NCBI RefSeq assembly: GCF_000743755.1
Contig: NW_014569524.1
Coordinates: forward strand, 1-64,000
Direction: 5' to 3'
Length of the DNA: 64,000 nt
Source: Blastocystis sp. subtype 4
Taxonomy: Eukaryota
The notes beneath the pieces were generated by a model. The model was given only the letters and a program-made list of their open reading frames with translations. It had not been told where the DNA came from and ran no database searches. The position numbers and the translations under genes were made by a program. Below are positions 23,809-36,348 of the stretch, in pieces (the first letter of the stretch is position 1; each line of letters starts with the position of its first letter).

Positions 23809-26091
23809 ATGGAAATTCAGATTCAATCCACTCTAAACATTTTGAATAGTGCAACGAGTGATGCTGAGATCCAGATTCATGGTATTCGCTATTTGATCGA
23901 TATATGCAAGGATTGTATGTCGAAACAGGATTTGGATAAACAGAAGGTAAATATGAAAGCCAGATCAAGGGACTCCCTTTGATGGAGACACTGATCTCAA
24001 TATTCCAACGCTTTCCTGATGATGAGACTGTCAAAGTACTATGTTGTAGCGCTCTTATATCATTTTCCAAGTTCAGTTGATCTGTATTACGTGTTTCACT
24101 TCATAGGTTTCTGTGTTAGTAAAGCTAAAGAGTTGAAACTTATTGAAGCACTGAAAGAGAATATTTCGAGAGAACATAGTGAGAAGGCACTGGTCATGGA
24201 ACTTGCTGTGATGGCTGCTTTTGGTGTTAATAGTGGGATAGAGCTTTGTTGGGTTAATTTGTAGATGTACTACAACCTGATATTCTAACCGATGCGATGT
24301 TGGATATTCTTCTTCGCATTGAAATAGATTGGAAAGAGAACTTAGATGTTGTTAAACAAATTCTATCAGTCTATATCATTCTATCCGAGAATAGTGAGTT
24401 GTACTTCAAATTCTTTATTGTAGTTGCCTTTCACCACAAATTATTGAGTTCTGTGATTATTAAGAACTTTCCCTCTCTCCTTCAGACACAAACTTCGAAT
24501 CATTGTCTCTATTTTGGCATCATCTCTGTGTGTCGGAATCTCTCTTCATCAAATCAAGGACGTCTTTATCTCCAATCAGTTCATATATTTACTCTTCTAT
24601 TACCAGGTCTTCCCATCAATGGTTATGATGTTCTTCTCTGTCGGAATATCTCCAGTATTATTCTATCCATGAATATTGATGGTCTTTTTTACACTCTATT
24701 TTCATTATAGAGCAAACTCGGTCGGAAGTGATCAACCATCAAGGAGTCCATCTAGCTGTTGCCACTTTGAATTGTTGTATTAAGGACCCTGAAGCAGTAT
24801 GTGATTCTCTCAAAGCAATGCGATCCATATGTTCTGTGGAAAGTTGTGATGATTCTCTCTCTTCACTCCTAGAACCATCTCTTGGTGCTTGTATGGACAA
24901 TAATTACATAGCAACGATTGTGATGGCTATTTCATCCTATCCGAATCATCCTCGCTTATGTAGCCATGGGTGTCGTGCTTTGGAATGGCTTCTTAAAGCT
25001 GGTGAACATAAGACTGCCAAAGCCATGTTAGATGAAGGAGTAGTAGCAATCTGTTCGGACTTGCTAAAGAATACAAATGATTTGGAGTGTCTTCGATACG
25101 TCTGTGGTCTTGTTGGGAAGATCTGCCGATATACATGTGTGGACTGTATGAGAATGTGAGAACTAGGCTTTGATTCAACTACTCTCTCTATCTTACGGGA
25201 ATCTCATATTTTAGAGGAGGTAGTGAAATCACTTAGATCCTATAGAGGCAATGAAGCCTTGATTCTGGTATTTGTGAGGCTTCTAGCTGTTCTTTGTTCA
25301 AATAGTAACTATGGAATGATTCACTCAGAAGTAGAAGATGCTTGTCTGTTAGTATTGGAACAGAATCTGATTGAAGAAGTGGTGCTGTGCGTAAATTGCG
25401 TCCAACTCCCAGAGACAGCCATCTCTCTCTCTGGAGTGATGTTAAAATCAGCACTTTATGGTAATTAGTAATAGAAACAGATCAGAATTAGAAGAGGGTC
25501 GTAAACAAATTATGCTATTGAATGGCGTTGAATCCTTGTTAAAACTCCTTCAACAATTCCTTCATAATGTGATTGTTCATCAATACGCTTTGGGATGCTT
25601 AACATTACTAGTAAAGAATGATAAGACTGTCTGTGAGATTATTCGCAGACGATTAGGACTCTCTCTAATTGTTGATTCCATGGGTAATTTTGATAGTAAT
25701 CCTGAGTATTGTGTACAAGTCCTACCGTTCTTACAAGAAGTCATTACTGGTAGGTTTGAGAAGAATGAACGAGAATTAGATGCTGAGTGTTACAAAGTGT
25801 TGATAAACCGAATGATTTGTGAGGCTGTGGTTACGCTTTTGAAAAAACAAATCCATCTTCTGACAGTAGTGACAATGGGTCTGTGGTTTTTAGATAGTCT
25901 TCTTGGAGAAGGTATAAGTAGCTCTGAGAAATGAGAGAATAGATGATGGATTATATCAATTAGCATCTCAGCCTGAAATTGGATCATTCTTACGACAAAT
26001 CATTGATCTTCATAAGAATAATGACCCAGGTATTCTAACTTTAGGCAGTGGTATCATTGAGAAGTTAAAAGTGTTTAATGATTCATTATAA
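23809..26091 (+). CDS. Armadillo/HEAT-like repeat protein, many exons; start uncertain
   Basis: Repeated helical units (e.g. GVESLLKLLQQFLHNVIVHQYALGCLTLL, IATIVMAISSYPNHPRLCSHGCRALEWL). TAA at 26089-26091. Confidence 0.72.
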
Positions 26092-26112
26092 TATGTTTGT
26101 AACAAAGATTTG

Positions 26113-27052
26113 TATTCTTCCTTCTTGTTCTTGAGTTCCTCTGTCTTCTTCCAATAACTACTTATTAACGAATAGAAAAAGAAAAACAATAGAATCTGGA
26201 AAACAAGAATTCCATTACAGACTGTACTAATCACATAGGAGGAGGCAATAATCGGATCGTCAACTTCCTGCAGAGTTGTAAAGATACGTGCTGATGAACC
26301 ACAGAACGTGAACAACCAGGTGATTAGTGATAACTACACTTACACTTATCCATCAGCAGTACTTGGCCTGTGTGACCCTGCTTAAAATTGGTTATGATTT
26401 GAGGAACACGAGCCAATACAGCAGAAAGAGTACCCGCCATGGGAAGAAGAGAAAGATACTACAGGAAACAGGGGTAAGAGAAAGTACCTTTTGAGGACAA
26501 TAGAACAAAACAAAGGTGTATAGAATAAAAGCAAGAATGACCAAGAGCATATGGAGAATCGATTTGCGGTTCTCACCCTTTGCAAAGATCCAGAATAAAA
26601 ACACCAGTAAGTAGTTCTGGAAGAGAATCACTACATTCTCACCATATGTAGAAATGGGATATCCCTTCAAGAAGTTGTATACGATACTAGGAAGGAATGC
26701 GGCACATTCCATATAGAATGACATGGCATTCAGACCCGTTACGTCACGATTCATCACAATCTTCAAGATCTGGGGAAGCTTCATAATTCCAGATCCGATC
26801 ACAATACCATATCCAAGTCCTTTGCTTATAGAATACTTTAGGCAATCCATATCCATCAAATCCCCATTGATGAAGAATGTACGATAACACTTGTCTCCGA
26901 TGATGCTTGATACGAATCTTTCCATATATTCTAATCATAAAAACAACGAATAGATACTTTCCATTTTGAAAAGGCTTGATGAGAACAGCGATGACTGCAT
27001 TCGGTTCTGCTAACACAGATCCAAGTAAGAACAGGAAAACAAATAGTCTCAT
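26113..27052 (-). CDS. MPDU1: Mannose-P-dolichol utilization defect 1 (PQ-loop) protein; stop probably completed by poly(A)
   Basis: CLKYSISKGLGYGIVIGSGIMKLPQILKI, GYPISTYGE, ARVPQIITNFKQGHTGQLSLIT, ARIFTTLQE. Confidence 0.93.
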
Positions 27053-27162
27053 AATCAGAATATCATCAAAACACTTACGAGATCATGAGATTATGACAAA
27101 CATAAAAAGACCCTATTTCTCCCATTTGCAGAAATAGTTGAACAACCAAACTAAGTGAGAAC

Positions 27163-29404
27163 ATGGATAATATTGAGTCTGTTCCCGAGGTTTCAGCAGC
27201 CAGTTTGAAAGGACTTGGAGATAAGTCGTATGATCGTCGAAAGAGCGCAGCACAAGAGATTACGAGTGTTGTATCGACCCTCTATGTAACAATAAAGAAT
27301 TTGAATCAGGTTTAGAAGGATGGGAATGTGGATAAGGTAAATCTGGTGTTAAAGAAACTCCAGTCTGATTACTTGCGATCACCAAATGTTAATAATCGAA
27401 ATGGTGCATTGATTGCCTTTGCCTCTATTGCTGTTGCTTTGGACACGGCAATAGTGGATTTCTTCCCTGTATTCTTGAATTCTGTGTTAAAATGTTTGGA
27501 TGACAATGATAGTAAAGTCCGATATTATTCCAGTGAAGCTCTTTACAACATTGCCAAAGCAGCACAAACACGTGTATTGGTTTATTTTGACCAGTTCTTT
27601 TATGCACTGTGCCAGCTGTTCTCCGATGTAGATACTGATGTGAAGAAGATATCCTTGTTCAACCGAGTTGTTATCATTCTTAATTCTACGGAGCATCTCT
27701 ACTGGATAGATTACTGAAAGAGATTGTAACAGAAGCTCGCACACTCGATCTAGAGCGTATTGTTCCGTTGTTGAAGCAATGTCTGTCAATGAATAACCCC
27801 TACATTCGGCGTCTTGTTGTTTCCTGGATATCGGTGGGAGAATCTGTCATACATAATTGATAGGTCCTGGACAGCAAACCAGGAATCGATATGCTTGAAT
27901 ACTTCCCACAACTCATCGATGGACTCTTCCTTCTCTTGGGAGATGATCATCGAGAAATCCGAATCGTACGCTTTCTCTCTTTTGTTCATTCGAAGGAAAC
28001 AGATGATATTTTGACATCATTCTTATCTGAAATCAAAAGTAGTGAAATGAGTCCAGTGGTAATGAATACCATCATGAACACTCTTCTCACTTTATCTCAT
28101 CATAATGATCGTTTCATTCGATTAACTTCTGTTATGTGGATATATGAGTTTATTCTCCTCGATGATGAATGGGATCTTCCTTATGCTCGAATGCTACGAG
28201 CTCTGCTACCTTGTTATGCTGACAACGAAGCAGATATTCGAACCCGTGCAGAAGCATGCTGCAGAGAGTTATTGAAGAGTGTAGGTGATGTCCATTCCAT
28301 TCTCATCTAGTTGCAAAAAAAGGCAGATAAAGTGGAATTGCTTCCTCTAATCGAAGTGGCGTGTACCGTTTTGGCAAAGCAACATAATGTGCAATGTTTG
28401 GTCTGTCTTGAAATGGTAAATGTTCTTCTGAAAACACGAGGGAATGAAGTTATTGCTAATGAACATCTCCGTGGGGCTCTTTTAGATACACTAAAGGAGG
28501 AGAATGATGATGTGATTGATTGTGATCTGAAAGTACTTGTAAAGTATGTAGAATGCAGTAAAGACCTTCTTAGTTTGATCGGAGAGATTGTAGAGGTAGG
28601 TTCAGCAGATTGATGTACTGTATAGATGTTGGAGAAGGATGATTCGTATATGGAAGAACGAGGTTGCTTAATTTTACGAACCCTTTGCAAATATATGAAA
28701 GCAGAAGTTATTTTCCCATTATTGGCAACTATTATCATGGTAGGCAAAATCGGCTTGATTTTAGGAATAGCGATGTAAGAATCTTCATTTCTCTGTGATG
28801 TTCATCCAAATGCTGAATGTGATTCTTCTGACTGCTGATGAGGCCCAAGAAGTGAGGATGACCCTGAAATCCTGTCTTTTACCTTCTTGTAGCAAGAAAG
28901 AAGGACAAGATCTCTTTGATAAACTGTGAGGTATTTTTGGAATGACTTATTACAAGATTTCCTGCATGGTGTGTGAATCCCTTCGCTACATTAGCCCTAT
29001 GTTGGTTGGCAGAGGACTATGTAGTCGCTTATCAGATCACCCAGAGCTTGGCATCCCAAGAAATCTCATTATCAATGCTACTCCAAGCAGATAAGCTGGT
29101 TCAGATGTTAGAATCACCCGTATTCCTTCATGTTCGACTCCAGCTATTGAATACGGGATCAGAACAGCTAGCTCCGCTACTTCAGAGTCTCTATGGCTTA
29201 TTGATGATTCTGCCTCAGAGTAGCTCTTATCGATTGCTTCAAAATCGTCTTAGTGGAGTAGTACCGCTATATGTGATCTTACAACATACTTCGAAGGACT
29301 CGTAAGAATAGAAGAAGGAAATTTATAATAGGGAATTGAGTGAATCAGATCGAAAACGAATTGAATTGTATTTAGCTTCTAATAAAGAGATTAATGTGGA
29401 ATGA
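27163..29404 (+). CDS. VAC14: Vac14 scaffold of the PIKfyve complex, multi-exon, with a U12 intron
   Basis: GLGDKSYDRRKSAA, NRNGALIA, KVRYYSSEALYNIAK, EERGCLILR, QADKLVQMLESPVFLHVRLQLL...LYGLLMILPQSSSY. Confidence 0.95.
27649..27689 (+). other. U12-type AT-AC intron (41 nt) in VAC14
   Basis: 5' ATATCCTT, branch point TTCTTAAT, 3' TCTAC. Removal restores DVKK|GASLLDRLLKEIV. Confidence 0.92.
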
Positions 29405-29409
29405 GATTC

Positions 29410-29425
29410 TGTTTGTTCTCAAACA
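29410..29425. terminator. Representative bidirectional GU-rich 3'-end element TGTTTGTTCTCAAACA between VAC14 and the EH gene
   Basis: Equivalent dyads at 13812, 17840, 21411, 23422, 26094, 34150, 37118 and 45056, all between convergent genes. Confidence 0.75.
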
Positions 29426-29442
29426 TGATACAGCATCGCAGT

Positions 29443-32356
29443 TTATCTTCTTCTACCTCTTCTTGTCTTAGCAGGAGCCTCATCTTCTGATCCAGATAGA
29501 TCTAAAGCCGGTTTCTTGCCCGGTTTTGGAGGAGGACTTCTTCCCTTCTTAGCTGGAGGCATATCATCATCCATATCATCCATATCATCATCAAAAGCAG
29601 GTTTCTTACCAGGCTTAGGAGGAAGCTTCTTTCCCTTGGGCATGGGAGGTAGATCCTCATCCTCTTCAAAATCATTCAGACCTTCATCCTCTTCCATCTC
29701 GTCGTCATCAAAAGCTGGCTTCTTACCAGGTTTTGGAGGAGGGTTTCTTCCCTTCTTACCACGAGGAACAGGTAAGTCCTCCTCATCATCCATATCATCA
29801 TCAAATGCAGGCTTCTTACCAGGTTTTGGAGGAAGTTTCTTTCCCTTAGGCATGGGAGGTAGATCCTCATCTTCTTCAAAATCATTCACAATCATATCAT
29901 TATCCTCATCATCTTCATCATCAAATGATGGTTTCTTGCCTGGTTTAGGTGGTAATTTCTTTCCCTTAGGCATAGGAGGCATATCCTCATCCATATCATC
30001 CTCATCATCGAATGCAGGCTTCTTGCCTGGTTTAGGAGGAAGTGGCTTACCCTTCTTAGGCAGAGGAGGTAAGTCCTCATCCTCTTCCATATCATCATCA
30101 AAAGCAGGCTTCTTACCAGGCTTGGGAGGAAGTGGTTTACCCTTCTTGGGAATAGGAGGTAGATCTTCATCCTCCTCCATATCATCCTCATCATCAAACG
30201 CAGGTTTCTTACCAGGCTTAGGAGGAAGCTTCTTTCCCTTCTTGGGAATAGGAGGCAGATCCTCATCCTCTTCTACTGCATCCTCTTCTTCATCAAATAC
30301 ACCCTTCTTCTTAGGCTCCTCATCACTACCACTCATAGCACCCCAGTCAAACTCTCCATCATCCTGTTCATCATCCTTCGCCTTTCTCTTCTTTGGCTTA
30401 TCCTCATCTTCATCCAACTTTCCCCAATCGAACTCACTACCACTCTCACTATCTCCATCACTCACAGCCTCCTTCTTCGCCTTCTTTGGCTTTTCAGCCT
30501 TTGGTTTTGTCAACAGACCTTCAGGCACTGAAGTATCAATTTCCACATCGGTAGCCTTTTCAATACTCTCGATATTCTTCTCGATTGTGGATTCCATCAC
30601 TCCCAAGTTCTTCAAATAGTTATCCTGGCTTGCAATCAGATTATTCAAATAGTCTAATTGACGCTGTAACTCTAAAGCTTCCATAGTCAGTGATTGAGAC
30701 TGCTCTGCCTTCTCCTGAATCTCCACTTCTTGCTTCATCAGCAATTCATTACTGTCAATCACTTCCTTACGCAACTGTTCGATTGTCATCTTCGAATCAT
30801 CAAAGGCCAGCTCTGACACCTTAGAATCAGGATCCTAGTAATCAAACCCACTTACACATCCTTACCATTGGATGCAAACCAGAAGCCTCCTTACCAATGT
30901 TTTCCTTCAACAGAGGAACAGGTAATGTCTTTGGAATTGGAATTCTCTAGTCATCATATCACTATCAAACACATTACCAGCTTCTGCACCAGTTTTGTGA
31001 TGTGTGTAGCGACAATGAACTCATATTCATTCAGCATGCCATCCTCGTCTGTATCAGCGAGCTGCCAAATCTTGCTAAGAATGGGCTGTGGAAGAGCAGA
31101 CTGAGAAAGATACTCAGCAGCAACACTTCCTTCGATATAACCTGTGTTTGCATCATCATATTCTTTGAATAGAGTCTTGTACTTCTGAAGTTCCACGGGT
31201 GTAATGACGAACGGATTACGCATTCCCTGAGGACGAGGTCCCATGCCAGGACGGGGTCTGGGTCCCATTCCAGGTCTAGGACGAGGAGACATTGAGCGGG
31301 GACGAGGCGACATACCAGGTCGAGGTCCCATAGGACGGGGTCCCTGAGGCTTCTCTTCATCATCCTCTTCATCGTCACTCATAGGAGGTCTAGGTCTAGG
31401 AGCCATGCCGGGTCGGGGGCGAGGAGACATTCCAGGACGAGGACGAGGCGACATACCAGGTCGAGGTCCCATAGGGCGAGGCTTCTCTTCATCCTCCTCC
31501 TCATCACTCATAGGAGGTCTAGGTCTGGGTGCCATACCAGGGCGGGGTCTAGGGGACATGCCAGGTCTAGGACGTGGTCCCATACCAGGACGAGGTCCCA
31601 TAGGTCTAGGTCCTTGAGGCTTCTCTTCTTCATCCTCTTCATCACTCATAGGAGGTCTTGGTGCCATTCCGGGACGAGGACGGGGTCCCATTCCAGGACG
31701 GGGTCTGGGTGGCATCGGACGAGGTCCCTGAGGCTTCTCTTCATTACCCTCTTCAGCATCACTCATTGGAGGTCTGGGACGAGGTGCCATACCAGGACGA
31801 GGTCTAGGCGCCATACCAGGTCTGGGACGAGGTCCCATTCCAGGTCTAGGTCCCATAGGGCGGGGTCCCTGAGGCTTTTCTTCTTCTTCCTCCTCTTCAT
31901 CACTCATAGGAGGTCTGGGTCTAGGCGCCATACCAGGTCTAGGACGAGGTCCCATTCCAGGTCTAGGTCCCATAGGTCTAGGTCCTTGAGGCTTCTCTTC
32001 ATCACCTTCTTCATCGTCACTCATAGGAGGTCTGGGACGAGGTGCCATACCAGGACGAGGTCTAGGTCCCATTCCTGGACGAGGTCTAGGAGCCATACCA
32101 GGACGTGGTCTAGGTCCCATCGAAGGACGGAGAGCAGGATTCTCATCATCGCTTCCATCGCTAATTTCTTCATTATTCATTGGTCTAGGACGAGGTCTCA
32201 TTCCTGGACGAGGTCGAGGTCCCATTCCCGGATTAGGACGAGGTCCCATTCCTGGACGCGGTCTAGGACCCATTCCCGGAGTAGCAGGTCTGGGTCTTGG
32301 TCTTGGTCTAGAATCTCAACTCATGACAAAACTAATCACCTCTCAGAAGGATCCAT
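29443..32356 (-). CDS. EH-domain endocytic scaffold (Eps15/Pan1-like) with Pro/Arg and acidic/Pro-Lys repeats
   Basis: EH domain ELQKYKTLFKEYD...SALPQPILSKIWQLADTDEDGMLNEYEFIVATH, then a coiled coil. Inferred start MDPSERPRP at 32356. Confidence 0.82.
29490..30290 (-). repeat. Coding repeats DEDLPP(M/I/L)PK(K)GKKLPPKPGKKPAFDDD (about 8 copies)
   Basis: Visible in ORF 29443..30819; synonymous divergence between copies. Confidence 0.9.
31225..32310 (-). repeat. Coding repeats (PRPRPGM[G/A/S])n interspersed with PPMSDEEE..EEKPQG
   Basis: Visible in ORF 30954..32273; locally GC-rich. Confidence 0.9.
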
Positions 32357-32726
32357 TATTTATTCAAGGTTTTCTGATTAATAGACTCAATACACAAGTA
32401 TTTCGGTCTTTTTTGATCAACATGGATTTGTGTGTCGTTGATGTCGACACTCATTTTGTTCAGCCTTAATTGCCACATTATTCTAAGATCCCTTTCCTAT
32501 TGCTTGAATTAGCATGAATACACTCCCATTCATTTCTGCACCTTCATTCCCAGTTCTATTGTCAGTTGTAAAAACGATGTAGACTCGTTTCTACGACCAC
32601 CTACTTACGAATAATGCAATCAAAAAGTGAATATCATAGATAAACCGAAATCCAAAGTAACTAAAAGAGTCGAGATAACGGGAATTTGATATGTTTCTCG
32701 GAACCATAGTTATTCGCACCAATAGG

Positions 32727-34159
32727 ATGAGTTCATCTTCCATTCTTCAACGTACAGTCACTACAACAATTCTGATGTATAGTTCCAGAAAAGGACGAAA
32801 TCTGTATTGGCGAGAACAATTGGAAACTCATTTTCGTAAATAAACGATCTGAATTGTCTTCTATTCGTGAGTTTGAACGATGTGGGGGAAGAATCTTCAA
32901 TTCCATTTACTGTCGTCCAGAGGAGACTGACACATATTCTATCCATCAGAATAAGTCCAATAGAGTGTTTTTGTTGCGGTTCTTTTCCAGATTATACAGG
33001 GAAATTGTGAATTCTTTCTATGGATGTCCTCTTGCTAGTAAAACTCGTCAAACAGTTTCAATATCTTGTATTTCATGGAGACAAGGGAAAATGACTGCAG
33101 CAGTGGCATTTCCTGATTCATCTATCCATTTCTATAATTTAGAAACCCAGAAATGGACATCTAATGTTCTACAGAATATCCAAATGATTGGCATCCAGTC
33201 TCTGTGTTGGAAGGGTGATTCTCCTAACACACTCGCTGTTTCATGTGTGAATGGCGTCTTTATTTGGAATATTACGAAACTAGAGAACGAAAGTCGCTGT
33301 ACTCATATCGATTCGTTCTGATGTAGGTTCCTGTCGTCAGATTCTCAATACACCAAACGTTCTGCGAGCTGAATTCAGTCCGAATGGCCAGTAAGAATTT
33401 TCCACTCCACTCATTCCCAGATTTCTATGTGTCTTTAGTTGTGATTCATCTGATGTTCAAGTCCTTGACACTTTGACATATTCTCACCTCACATCTCTCG
33501 GTTCGATACAGTGTCTTCCTGTGAAGATTCTGTTCTCTCCAGATTCTATTGTTCTCGTTGTTGAGAATTCGTGAAGCCTATTTCAATCTTTGATTGGTAG
33601 AGATAATACAGTCAGCATCTACAACACATTGACCTGGAAGAAGGAAACATGGAAGATGCATACTCAGGCAACAATAATCGATGTGGCTTTTTCCAGCAAT
33701 TCTGAATTCCTTTATCTTTTGTGTGCTATTGATAGCAGTAGTGTCATCTACACACTTCAAATTAGTCATAATCTCAATATCCTGTGTACGTTGTTTTCGT
33801 CTCTTTTCATTTCAGATACGACCATGACAGAGAACATTCTTATGGTTCCTGGAGAACAAGAAGGTCTTCCTCGTGCTACTCGTATGTGTGTAGATCATCG
33901 TGGCAGACGATTAGTCTGTTCTCATAGTGACAGCAATATCCTTTCACTGTATCGAATCGACAATTCATGTCAAATGTACTTAATGTGAGTATTTGAATTT
34001 GAAGTTAGGAATAGAGGGTTCATTACCAATCCTATCAAAGAAAACGCGGTTCAAGAAATGAGTTTTGTTGAGAGTGATCTGAGGGGAAGTATTCTGAATG
34101 TCATGTGGAAATCAGGTCATTTATTGTGCTATCATTTACTTTATTGGAGTGTCTCTTGA
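32727..34159 (+). CDS. AAAS: Aladin-like WD40 nucleoporin, multi-exon (may end at 34145 via poly(A))
   Basis: AAVAFPDSSIHFY...VLQNIQMIGIQSLCWKGDSPNTLAVSCVNGVFIW, IYNTLTWKKETW, MCVDHRGRRLV, RGFI...GSILNVMWKSG. Confidence 0.75.
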
Positions 34160-34177
34160 AAACAGAATTCGCAATAA

Positions 34178-34889
34178 TTACTTTCTCTGCCAGAACTTCT
34201 TGCTCATTCTCTACTCATTATCACCGAATAATAATCAGCACATTTAGCACAGCATTAGCTTGCATGGATAATGAAATCGTATCCTTAGCCTTTTCAGAAG
34301 CACTATTGAGGACATCGCGCTGTCTCTGAAGCTCGCTCATTGTTCCCAGACCTACATTCAATTCTATTCTCCAAAATCTTACCAACTTCCTCTGTTTCGA
34401 AAATGGTACGAGTGGCATCTTCAATTGTAGTATTCTGACTGTACATCAATGAAAGATCCAAACACTCACCGCTCAATAGCCGTTAATTGATCTTCCATAC
34501 TTCTCTTGAGTTCACGGGAAGCCTAAAATCATCAGTACTATAATGCAATCTACAGCAGCTCCTCCAAGCAGATCGTTACGTTCGACTTGATTCTTAAGGT
34601 TGTTTACCTGCCTTTTTTTTGATTCGCATTCCTTACGCAATGCCTCAACCTTTGAAGTCACAGAAGATTTAATTGATGATGGAAGCATACGGATCTCAAT
34701 ATCACACTGCTTGAAACAATCCTCAGCTTCCTTTAGTTGTTTTTCTACTTCTCCAACAAAGGAAACTAGGATCAACAAACCGATTTATGTGCTACGTGAG
34801 TTGTCGTTCCTGCCTTGAGCAATCAATTCATCAGCACGTCGGAGAACGGATTTGATCTCCGAAATGTAAATATCACACATATCCGACAT
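34178..34889 (-). CDS. Vti1-like Qb-SNARE, apparently without a transmembrane anchor
   Basis: Habc region KEAEDCFKQCDIEIRMLP...VERNDLLG; SNARE motif ETEEVGLGTMSELQRQRDVL. Ends RMSKKFWQRK*. Confidence 0.8.
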
Positions 34890-34974
34890 GATAGCACTCT
34901 TTTTCGCAGAAATGTGATGGTCATTCCAAAACGGCATTTCGGAATGAGCCATTTCTGTTCCTAGAACCTTCATC

Positions 34975-36285
34975 ATGGCCAAGAAATACGGTAATTCGAT
35001 TGTAAATTATGATTATTGAATAGAAGAGGACGAATCAAGTGATCCTATGGAAAACGAGTTGGAACAGTCAGCTGGAGATGAAATATCGAGTGAAGATGAT
35101 GAATCTAGATCAGAAAATCCGGAAACATTGTCATCAAATGAAGAAGGAACGATTGATAAGAAGGAGTTCTCTCTCGATGTATAAACCGTTCTTTGGGGTT
35201 TACTGTAGATGGATATCCCAGAAAGCAAATGGAAGGACAATACAAGTTCACTCACAGAAAAGGAGCTTACAAAACTTGTTTCATCTAATATTAATGAAGT
35301 TTCGGCAATTATGGCTGATATTCTGACTAACCTGACTACTTTGAAAGATCAGGCTAAGAAGATTCGTGATGTTGTAAATCAGCTTCCACAGAGTCTTGAA
35401 AATGGTGTTTCGCTTCTAGATCTGAAGTCTCAGTTCATGCTGTCCTATAATGAACTTCTTCTTGTATACCTGTTGTTGAAGATTGAGGGAGTGGATCTCC
35501 AAGATCATCCATTGTTTGCATCTCTTGTCCGAGAACGGTTGGATTTGTAATGATCCTTCATTCTAGATCTCTCCTTGAGAAGTTGGAACCATTGGAGTTG
35601 AAAATGAAGAATCATATTGATAATATTCTCCATCCACAAGAAGGTGAAGAATCGAATCCACTTCGATTCCATGCAAATCTCGATGATTTGGATTCGAGTT
35701 CAGATACGGCTGAGTCACAGGACGAAAAAGCGTCCAAGTCGGGTGTGTACGTTCCGCCTAAGATTGCTGCTGTGCCTTATACAGATAAGGGTAGGGAGAA
35801 TACTATTGCAGTGATTTCTAGACTCGGAGCGTGATGAACGTCGCAAGGAACAGCTGAAAGATCGGATTGCTTCCAACGCGTTCATTAGCGAATTGCGACA
35901 TGAAATGTCAGATCGACCCGAAGCTATCAATATGCGAAGTACTGGAGATCTCTCTCTCGATAGAGAATTAAAGGAACGTCGAGACTTCGAAGAGAGTAAT
36001 TTCACTCGTGTGAACTTATCGCGGGAACAGAAGAAGAGGATGCGTCAGGCTAATCTTAGTATGCAGCGTGGACGGAAGCTGGGTGAGTTTGATGAGTTTG
36101 ATTCTCTTACGCGTCTTGTAAAGGAGTCAGAAAAGGTAGTTGAAAGAAGGAAGTTTGATTTGTAGGTGACAGGACAGATCATTGATGAAGATGAACATGG
36201 AAATCGTTTTAAGAGAGTTGGAGATTCTGTAGATACTAGCCCTAAGCGTCGTAAAGGGGGAAGGGGAAGAAAGGGAAAACATTGA
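34975..36285 (+). CDS. NGDN: Neuroguidin/Lcp5 (Sas10/Utp3/C1D domain) SSU processome factor
   Basis: NGVSLLDLKSQFMLSY...HPLFASLVRERSLLEKLEPLELKMKNHIDNIL, GVYVPPKIAAVPY, ERRDFEESNFTRV. Confidence 0.85.
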
Positions 36286-36348
36286 TCGTTTTAGTTCATT
36301 TATTGGATTCTTTCTTATCAAACAAGCCACTTGTGATATACACTTTCA

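Noticed and set aside
29490..32310. Repeat arrays as possible CRISPR or satellite DNA
   Set aside because: Units vary at synonymous positions and keep frame; no repeat-spacer structure, no cas genes, eukaryotic context.
29516..32381. Long plus-strand ORFs (367 aa, 255 aa) over the EH gene
   Set aside because: Antisense shadows of GC-rich coding repeats; the minus strand carries the recognisable EH domain.
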